From: a virus
Taxonomy: Duplodnaviria > Caudoviricetes
Virus record (IMG/VR): IMGVR_UViG_3300028591_000005
Span: 64,001-128,000 of that record
DNA: 64,000 nucleotides
Direction: 5' to 3' (one strand)
The notes beneath the pieces were generated by a model. That model saw only the letters and a list, made by a program, of their open reading frames with translations, was not told the DNA's origin and ran no database searches. Numbering within the stretch: the first letter of the stretch is position 1; each line of letters begins with the position of its first letter. Made by a program: the position numbers and the translations under genes. This document shows positions 57,738 through 64,000 of the stretch, piece after piece.

Positions 57738-57951
57738 ATAAGGAGAAAGGAAGAGTTGTAGATGACTGTCTACCTCTTTCTGTAAGGATTTACGGCTCTT
57801 AACCGACCTAACTTTCCCCGCGGTTTGCTTTATTGTAGTACGTGTAATCAAACCCGTAATGGAAACACGGTTCTTTTTAGGTGGTTGTCTCCACCAAATT
57901 TATTTCTTTCTTAACTTTCTATAAATATTATAACAAATATTTTTTAAAAAA

Positions 57952-58185
57952 TCAAGTAAGATTTTTTACCTGCTTATACATTGTTTCTAATATACTTAAT
58001 GATTTATTAATTTCAATACAGGCTTCTTCATCATCGAAACCTTTTTTCTTTTGCCAATCTGACCATTTTTTAGGTATCTCAAGACCAAAAATAAAATGTC
58101 CTTGAACATCATTTAAAGCAACGATACCTTTATTTAAGGCATTAAGAACATCATCTTTATTATTATCATTGATTTCAATAATCAT
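57952..58185 (-). CDS. Hypothetical protein
   Basis: Own sigma-A promoter and AAGGAG SD. Confidence 0.65.
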   Translation of the reverse strand: MIIEINDNNKDDVLNALNKGIVALNDVQGHFIFGLEIPKKWSDWQKKKGFDDEEACIEINKSLSILETMYKQVKNLT

Positions 58186-58250
58186 TTTATTCTCCTTAAC
58201 TTTTCTATAAATATTATAACAAAAATTTATAAAAAAATCAAAAAAGAATT

Positions 58251-58709
58251 TTAAATCCCGCCTTGTACATTATAATCTTTAGTACATTCAATTGTGTATG
58301 AAATTGCTGTTATAGTCTCTGGATTATCGCAAACAATTTCAAGTAATGTGTCATACTGATCAAAACTTGTATAAGCATTAGCATGAGATTGTCTTGTAAG
58401 TACTACTGTAGCGCCCATGACATTAACATCAAATCCTTCAAATTTTGCACTCCGCACTATATCATTAAACATAATAGTAACAGTAGATGCTGTTGAAATA
58501 TGAACAGCATTAGGATGAGTTGCATGAACTCTAAACTTAGCAATATTCTCATGTGCTATAACTTGTTCTTTTGTTATATTAATAGTCCAACATTCATCCT
58601 GTTTTTCTGTGTGATTATCAATAATATCACCACTTGCAGCATAAATACCTTCTGCTATATCCTCTAATTCAAGAACTAGAGGTTTAATGTATTCTCCCAT
58701 AAAAATCAT
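58251..58709 (-). CDS. Hypothetical protein with YxKP..AEGIYAASG leader-like N-terminus
   Basis: AAGGAGG SD; beta-rich body. Confidence 0.65.
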   Translation of the reverse strand: MIFMGEYIKPLVLELEDIAEGIYAASGDIIDNHTEKQDECWTINITKEQVIAHENIAKFRVHATHPNAVHISTASTVTIMFNDIVRSAKFEGFDVNVMGATVVLTRQSHANAYTSFDQYDTLLEIVCDNPETITAISYTIECTKDYNVQGGI

Positions 58710-58731
58710 ACCTCCTTATAAAAAATAAAAA

Positions 58732-58804
58732 TGCTAATGAATGGACTTGAACCACTGACTTCCACCTTATCAGAGTGGCGTTCTTCCTACTGAACTACAT
58801 TAGC
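58732..58804 (-). tRNA. tRNA-Ile(GAU)
   Basis: Anticodon arm CCACT-CTGATAA-GGTGG. Confidence 0.9.
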
Positions 58805-58903
58805 ATATGCCTGAGCTTTGTCGCCAGGGCATCAGGCACCCCCGAATTACGGTAATAGCTTATCAACCGTACATGTAGGCTTCGCCTAAGCCCTCATGCG
58901 GAG

Positions 58904-58975
58904 TGGAGCTTGGCGGTTATGCTCCGCCTACTCATCCTTGCAAGGGATGTGTGTTCCTGACTATACCAAAGCCCC
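58904..58975 (-). tRNA. tRNA-Ala(UGC), variant T-loop
   Basis: G3:U70, A73, anticodon arm CATCC-CTTGCAA-GGATG; T-loop AGCATAA. Confidence 0.85.
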
Positions 58976-59254
58976 ATATTGGTTTTTATCCACATATGCC
59001 TGGAACCATAACCAAACATATATGAGGTTAAAGACTTTACCAAGCTTTATTCACTCTCATTCGTATATTTTAGCGACGTCTTTAATTCAGGTTCTCGTCC
59101 ATAGCAGTGAGGAGCTATAATACTCAACAATCTCTGCCTTACGCCCTTCTTCGTCATAGGGTGACCTATGGGATTCTCGTTCTCATAGCAACGCCTGCTC
59201 CAAAGAGCAGGAAAACGACTACTGCGGGGATCGAACCCGCGACCTCGGCAGTGA

Positions 59255-60102
59255 ATGCTCGAAACAAGTTACGACCTTATATTTTAGACCATTCTTCTTC
59301 AGAATATTTATTAATTTCTGTTTTTTTACGAGGTAATCCGAATTTATCACACCATTTTCGGATAGCATTATCAGAAACTCCATATTTAGTTCCAATTGTT
59401 GTAAATGGAACAGTTCTGATAAGATTTTTTAATTCTTCTCTTGTAATAGGCATTTTATCTTCAGGAATAATTCTATTTTTAGCAGAACATTCTGCACATC
59501 TTGTTGATGTTCTAAAAATTTCTTTTCCACAATCTATACAATAAAATTTTTTTGCAAAAATTTTTCTTTGTGGATTCCTACTACCTGTTGTTTCTAATTG
59601 TTGATTACAATTAGGACATACCCATCTTAAATTTTCTAATCTGTCATCATTATTAATACCATTGATATGGTCAAGTATAAGAGTCAATTCTTTACCTTGC
59701 CATATTGGCTCTTGTCCACAGATAGAACATTTATATTCAGAGCAAGAATTTTTTATATATAATTTTCGTAAAGTATGTTGACTTGCTGTAGAATCTTGTA
59801 TAAAAGTATTCTCCGGAGTCCTAATTACTCCTGTTCTAATACTCTTTTGAAAATGAGAAGTATCATAATTACTTAATTTTTCTTCTAACATTTTAAGAGT
59901 ATCTCCAGATGGAGAATTACTATATCCAATTTTTCTAGCAAAATCTTTAAAAGAAACAGAAATTTTTACAATATTTTCTATTTCTGAAGATGAATAATTT
60001 TCAAAATATCCCATAAAGACTCCTTTCTTATAAGATATATGAAAATAAGTTCAACTTCTTGAACTCGACTCGTCCAAAGTTTTACATTTAAACTATTCGA
60101 AC
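59255..60102 (-). mobile_element. tRNA-shaped intron carrying an HNH endonuclease gene
   Basis: GTTCGAA/TTCGAGC stem, D-arm TA-GTTT-AAATGTA-AAAC, TTTGGAC/GTCTAAA stem enclosing the ORF, T-arm ATAAG-GTCGTAA-CTTGT. Confidence 0.8.
59277..60014 (-). CDS. HNH homing endonuclease (intron-encoded)
   Basis: CSICG..LILDHINGINNDDRLENLRWVCPNC, second zinc finger CIDC..CAEC, C-terminal HTH (YGVSDNAIRKW). Confidence 0.9.
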   Translation of the reverse strand: MGYFENYSSSEIENIVKISVSFKDFARKIGYSNSPSGDTLKMLEEKLSNYDTSHFQKSIRTGVIRTPENTFIQDSTASQHTLRKLYIKNSCSEYKCSICGQEPIWQGKELTLILDHINGINNDDRLENLRWVCPNCNQQLETTGSRNPQRKIFAKKFYCIDCGKEIFRTSTRCAECSAKNRIIPEDKMPITREELKNLIRTVPFTTIGTKYGVSDNAIRKWCDKFGLPRKKTEINKYSEEEWSKI

Positions 60103-60247
60103 CAGTGCCGTATTCTAACCAAACTGAACTAAGTAGCCAAAACAATAGCAATACCGAGTAAGATGTCAAATCTCCTTTTTATAGTGATTGGATCCACTTG
60201 TGTTCTTACTATATCGGCTTTATTCTCTTCTAAATTGCTATTGTAAA

Positions 60248-60319
60248 ATGGAATGACAGGACTCGAACCTATGCATAGCGATTTTTCCATCGCCGCTCTA
60301 CCAACTGAGCTACATTCCG
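60248..60319 (-). ncRNA. tRNA-like gene with aberrant 6-nt anticodon loop (GGAAAA) and C1:A72
   Basis: Canonical D-arm AGCTCAGTTGGTAGAGC and T-arm; anticodon arm GCGAT-GGAAAA-ATCGC. Confidence 0.65.
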
Positions 60320-60810
60320 TAATCGGTTTAACGCTCTGTACGATTCCCCTATTTAACTTCGGGACAGCTCCACATCTGTTATTTAAACTCTCTAGTGGGG
60401 AGAGTATAGTTCATGAACCGGTTGAACTTGGGTCGCACGAGGTGTCAACCAAACCCCGCCGTTTGCAAACTAGTGATTATTTTTTTAGTTCATCACCACC
60501 GAACACTTCTCACATAGCGAAGTAAATGGATAAGGATTTCATCGCCTTATACAGATATTGGTATGTTCTTTCTCGTAAAACTCCAACATCAAAACCGACC
60601 TGTTTTTTTTAAAATCTTATTGGATAACAGGTAACCTCACCGATACAGTCGTCGCTCACGAGACCTCGTTATACATAGCATCGGAGCAAGGGTTCTCACC
60701 TGCATTTTCTGCCAAGACAGAGGTTTGTATCTTAACCTATCCGGTGCCTAACGAGCGCGGAGCCTCATCTCCGCCTGTCATATCCTGTCAATTCAGGCAT
60801 TACTTCGGTT
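60320..60810 (-). ncRNA. Candidate large structured ncRNA with an embedded tRNA-like domain (60677-60748)
   Basis: About 490 nt, GC-enriched, no minus-strand ORF of 60 aa or more, many stems; flanked by tRNA genes. Confidence 0.5.
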
Positions 60811-60814
60811 GAAA

Positions 60815-60945
60815 CGGGAATCCGAGGACTCGAACCTCGATACTACGCTTAATGGATAAATGAGTACTGCCCTCAAATCCTTGACAGTGTTTTCTTTAAA
60901 CTATTATCCCACAGGCGTATGTCCTAACCTTTGGACGAGAAACCC
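60815..60945 (-). tRNA. tRNA-Asn(GUU) split by a 59-nt tRNA-shaped intron (60852-60910)
   Basis: TACGC-CTGT[insert]TAA-GCGTA; G73; the acceptor stem has two U:U mismatches. Confidence 0.8.
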
Positions 60946-61094
60946 AAATCACGGGAGCCCATCCCCGCATTCTCACACAGAGCATTCTCTGGTCGGGCAT
61001 ATTGAAAGGGAGGTGTGATTTATATACAAAAGAAAGGGAAAACCTTAAAGGATAATGTAGGAACATTTCATATCCCTTTCTTTATTGTAAATAT

Positions 61095-61123
61095 ATTATA
61101 ACAAAAATTTTTTTAAAAGTCAA
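61095..61123 (-). promoter_or_regulatory. Sigma-A promoter driving the Asn/Asp tRNA-ncRNA operon
   Basis: TTGACT-17-TATAAT with extended TG. Confidence 0.85.
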
Positions 61124-61350
61124 ATGGTTATTTTTTATTGTACAAAAAACAACCAAAAAACTAAACCCCGATGACGCTCACAGGTGGTAGCCGCAACTAC
61201 TATGAATAGAAGAAAATGAAAATAAGATTTTTCTTTTTGTACTTTTCACTTTCTATAAATATTATAACAAAAATTTTGTTATAAATCAAATGATGATTTT
61301 GTATTTTATATAAAAAATACTTTTATTAGAATTTTATCGCTTGCCCAAGA

Positions 61351-61635
61351 TTATATATTTAATCTCGCCATCATTGCTTCGATAGTTTCCTTTTCTGCGG
61401 CAGTCACCTCAGTGGGCGCTGCGGCGACAGGTGTTTCCGCCTTAACCGAGGTCTCCGCATTTTCACCATGCTCTATATTTTCCTTAGCACAGGTCAATGC
61501 AACTTTAATCTGGACCTCCGCACCATCCTCAATCATAGGAATTCTCAATTCCTTGCCATCTACAAAAAAGGCATTAGGATAAATTTCCTGTATCTTGCTT
61601 ATAATTGCTTCCTTCGAGCTACTACCTTTTGCCAT
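61351..61635 (-). CDS. Hypothetical protein
   Basis: Own promoter and SD; biased codons. Confidence 0.7.
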   Translation of the reverse strand: MAKGSSSKEAIISKIQEIYPNAFFVDGKELRIPMIEDGAEVQIKVALTCAKENIEHGENAETSVKAETPVAAAPTEVTAAEKETIEAMMARLNI

Positions 61636-61696
61636 ATCTTTATTTCCTTTCTTAACTTTCTATAAATATTATAACAAAAATTTTTTAAAAAATCAA

Positions 61697-62530
61697 TTAA
61701 GTATAATATTCATTAAAACATTTCTTACAGATTGTAATTCCATCTACTGTTGTAATCTTATTTTTTGTAGTTAATTTTCCATTACATATTGCACATTTAT
61801 TGGTCATAAGAGGGAAAAAATCAAATCCAGCAGGATCTTTGATATATTTAAAAGCTTTATAACTATCAATATCTTCTAATATCTTACATACTTTTCCTAT
61901 TGTTACTTCAAGCCAATCTGTATGCAGATGTTCTCCCAGGGAATGTTCATTTAAATAACCAACAGAAAGATTAACCGCAGCGATCTTAAAGCTAGGAGCA
62001 ATTACCGATATGTCTGAAAAGCTACCTATATCAGTTACAAATCCATATCTATTGATAAACTTTTCAAACTTTTCATTTGCACAATTATAATAAACAGAGT
62101 CATTCTCACCTTGTCTATCCAATTCAATAATTGCCTTTAATTTATTAAAAGGGCTTTTCCCTTTTAAATCCTGGACTAATTTTATAGCACCTTTACACCC
62201 AATTTCTTCATCGCAAGTGAAAATAATGTGTGGTCTATATCCTCTTTGAATAATATCAATAATCGCATATACACCGGCACGATCATCCGCACCAAGTAAC
62301 TGCGGAGACCACATTACTTTTTCCTCTTGATCATAGTATATATCTGTTGGCGGGAACTGAGCTACTGTGTCAAGGTGTGCGACTAATGCAACCGGAATCT
62401 GGCCCTCCGCAATTACATAACTTTTAGTTGTTATAACTTTATTATATCTTTCACGTAAAAATTCAGTTAATACTTTTAATAATTGTGGTTGTGTTAATTC
62501 ACATATTTTTTTAAATAATTCTAAATTCAT
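61697..62530 (-). CDS. M28-family zinc peptidase-like protein with C-terminal zinc finger
   Basis: AHLDTV, GADDRAG, DEEIG, ELDR and EH motifs; CAIC..CKKC. Confidence 0.8.
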   Translation of the reverse strand: MNLELFKKICELTQPQLLKVLTEFLRERYNKVITTKSYVIAEGQIPVALVAHLDTVAQFPPTDIYYDQEEKVMWSPQLLGADDRAGVYAIIDIIQRGYRPHIIFTCDEEIGCKGAIKLVQDLKGKSPFNKLKAIIELDRQGENDSVYYNCANEKFEKFINRYGFVTDIGSFSDISVIAPSFKIAAVNLSVGYLNEHSLGEHLHTDWLEVTIGKVCKILEDIDSYKAFKYIKDPAGFDFFPLMTNKCAICNGKLTTKNKITTVDGITICKKCFNEYYT

Positions 62531-62532
62531 AC

Positions 62533-63315
62533 TTATTCCTTTTCAAAATGGATATCTTTTTTATTAAGTTCCCTAGCAATAGATTCCATATACTTACATA
62601 CATCACATTTATTAAAGCAACAACGTTTCTTACAGTTTAATCTTATTTCACCAAATATTGGTATAATAGAATTATTGGGTATATCTTCATTAAAATTATA
62701 AATGATTTGACATAAATCCCCATCCCATCTACCATCTTTATAAATTTCATATAAAGTTGGTTGAATTTCTAATCTATCAGTTAAAAATTCAATTACATCA
62801 ATATAATCTTCATATAAGTATAAATCATCAGGTCTAATAAAAAATTTTGTAAAATCACTACTAATTGTATCTGAACTAGATTGAGCCACATTAGGAATAA
62901 CTCTAACATTGATATGTTTATCTTTACATATTCTTGATATATCTGGCAAATAGAAGCCTAATTCATTAGTAATATAAACATCAGATACTTTCATTCTAAT
63001 CTGTCCAATTAATTCATCAAGAGTTCCACATTTTTCTATAAAGAAATAAGATAAACATTCTTCTTCTAACAAATGAAAGTCCTGCTCTTTTGAACATAAG
63101 AAGGCAATATTATGTAATTTTGCGATAGTCGTAAATAATTCAAGATTTTTTTCAATATCTTCTAATTCAGTTATATTTAAGATAATTCTTTGTTCAGGCT
63201 TCCATTTTTGAACAAATTTAAGAATTTCTCTATCTTTTTTATCATATTTTATAATTATTTCATCAGCGATATCAAGCATAGAACATCCCTGATAAAACTT
63301 ACAAGCATATTTCAA
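62533..63315 (-). CDS. Hypothetical protein with C-terminal Cys cluster
   Basis: FFIRPDDL; RLNCKKRCCFNKCDVC. Confidence 0.65.
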   Translation of the reverse strand: MKYACKFYQGCSMLDIADEIIIKYDKKDREILKFVQKWKPEQRIILNITELEDIEKNLELFTTIAKLHNIAFLCSKEQDFHLLEEECLSYFFIEKCGTLDELIGQIRMKVSDVYITNELGFYLPDISRICKDKHINVRVIPNVAQSSSDTISSDFTKFFIRPDDLYLYEDYIDVIEFLTDRLEIQPTLYEIYKDGRWDGDLCQIIYNFNEDIPNNSIIPIFGEIRLNCKKRCCFNKCDVCKYMESIARELNKKDIHFEKE

Positions 63316-63409
63316 AATTAAACCTCCTTCAAATTTATAATTTTTCTATTATATTTATATTATAACAAAAAAAATAAGAGTTGTCAAGTGACAACTCTTA
63401 TCTCTGAAG

Positions 63410-64000
63410 TTAAATTTTAAAAGAACTAGTTTTAGGTAACAAATCTTCTATACATAATGTATCATATTTTGTATAAGGTATTCTTATTAAAATAATATCA
63501 TTATCTTTACACCATTGATTCTTTATTTGGTCATGTTCTTGTGTAATTGCAAATTTTTTATCATTATCATAATATCCATTACCTTTTTTAAAATGTTGAA
63601 TACCATCATATTCAATAACAGTATTTAAAGAGGGGATATAAAAATCAAATCTTCCTTTAAAAGGTAACGTATTTGGAGTATATTCTTTAATATAATTTAT
63701 ATTAGCTTGTTCTAATAAGTTTTTAATTTTTTCTTCTCCTTTAGAAAAGTTTTTACAACCGCAAGATGACACATGTTCAAACATTAATGAGGATGTTTTT
63801 ACATATACAATATTTCCACATTGACATTGACATTTTCTATAATATCCATCACCAGAAGAGTATCCTCCTTCTATTACTGTTAAAAATCCAAAAGTTTGTC
63901 CTACTAGATTTTGTAAACGACTAGTTTCAGAGGTTCTTTCTTTCTGATAACATCCGCATGATTTTGTAATACCTCGAATTAAAAGAGTAGCTGCAACATC
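63410..64000 (-). CDS. Putative homing endonuclease (Cys-rich repeats + Vsr/EDxHD-like domain), 5'-truncated
   Basis: The frame is open to the window end (..KSCGC..GQTFGFLTV..CQCQCG); FDFY..IEYDGIQH. Confidence 0.75.
   Translation of the reverse strand, partial: DVAATLLIRGITKSCGCYQKERTSETSRLQNLVGQTFGFLTVIEGGYSSGDGYYRKCQCQCGNIVYVKTSSLMFEHVSSCGCKNFSKGEEKIKNLLEQANINYIKEYTPNTLPFKGRFDFYIPSLNTVIEYDGIQHFKKGNGYYDNDKKFAITQEHDQIKNQWCKDNDIILIRIPYTKYDTLCIEDLLPKTSSFKI

Larger units (their letters stand above)
59216..60138 (-). tRNA. tRNA-Asp(GUC) split by an 848-nt intron (exons 60103-60138 and 59216-59254)
   Basis: 5' exon GGCTACT..CGGCA-CTG and 3' exon TCAC-TGCCG-AGGTC-T-arm-AGTAGTC-G; joining gives the loop CT-GTC-AC. 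Confidence 0.88.

Noticed and set aside
59085-59125. HDV-like (theta) ribozyme suggested by AGC-TCCTCACT-GCT
   Set aside because: No P1 3' strand followed by GG, no matching P2, and it does not abut a tRNA 3' end.
59255-60102. Group I, group II or archaeal bulge-helix-bulge intron
   Set aside because: Only about 90 nt at the 5' end and about 20 nt at the 3' end lie outside the ORF. There is no terminal G, no P7 core, no domain V and no paired 3-nt bulges.
59216-60138. Reading the split tRNA as Glu(UUC) via CT|TTCAC
   Set aside because: Formally possible, but the D-arm, the AGGTC variable loop and G73 fit Asp, and an intact Glu(UUC) gene exists at 57269.
60815-60945. Reading the split tRNA as His(GUG) via CTGTG|AA
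   Set aside because: It has G73 rather than C73 and no G-1, and a His gene exists at 45630.
1-64000. Stop-codon reassignment
   Set aside because: Conserved genes are full length in the standard code, TAG and TGA act as stops, and there is no suppressor tRNA.

Overview
A 64-kb segment of a large, AT-rich, standard-code dsDNA phage, probably infecting Clostridia/Lachnospiraceae. Essentially all real genes are on the minus strand. From left to right: (1) a replication module with DNA polymerase III alpha (N-terminus, missed by the ORF track), RecD/Dda-like helicase, RecJ, primase, DnaB, AAA_24 ATPase, SSB-like protein, ThyX-like protein, ClpP, NAD-dependent ligase, GyrA/GyrB and RNase HI, interspersed with free-standing GIY-YIG and Vsr/EDxHD-like endonucleases; (2) a holin / endolysin / pilin-like / PhoH block; (3) an RNA-repair-like set (phosphoesterase, kinase, ATP-dependent RNA ligase); (4) a mini-gene array; (5) tail-fibre genes; and (6) two tRNA/ncRNA islands holding 21 tRNA genes, none with an encoded CCA. 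The most striking signal is three tRNA genes (Asp-GUC, Asn-GUU, Leu-UAA) interrupted in the anticodon loop by inserts that are not group I, group II or bulge-helix-bulge introns. The Asp and Asn inserts fold as tRNA-shaped mimics (acceptor stem, D-arm, T-arm), and the Asp insert carries an HNH endonuclease gene in the mimic's own anticodon loop. This suggests a 'tRNA-in-a-tRNA' mobile intron class that could be excised by tRNA end-processing nucleases (RNase P / RNase Z-like) and sealed by the phage RNA ligase; the mechanism is inference. A second system is a DUF2828 (Ro60/TROVE-like vWA) gene preceded by two covarying TACAGCAA hairpins and by a tRNA-mimic RNA that carries a circularly permuted copy of the same motif (YrlA-like Y-RNA architecture). 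All folds were derived by eye; no searches were run.
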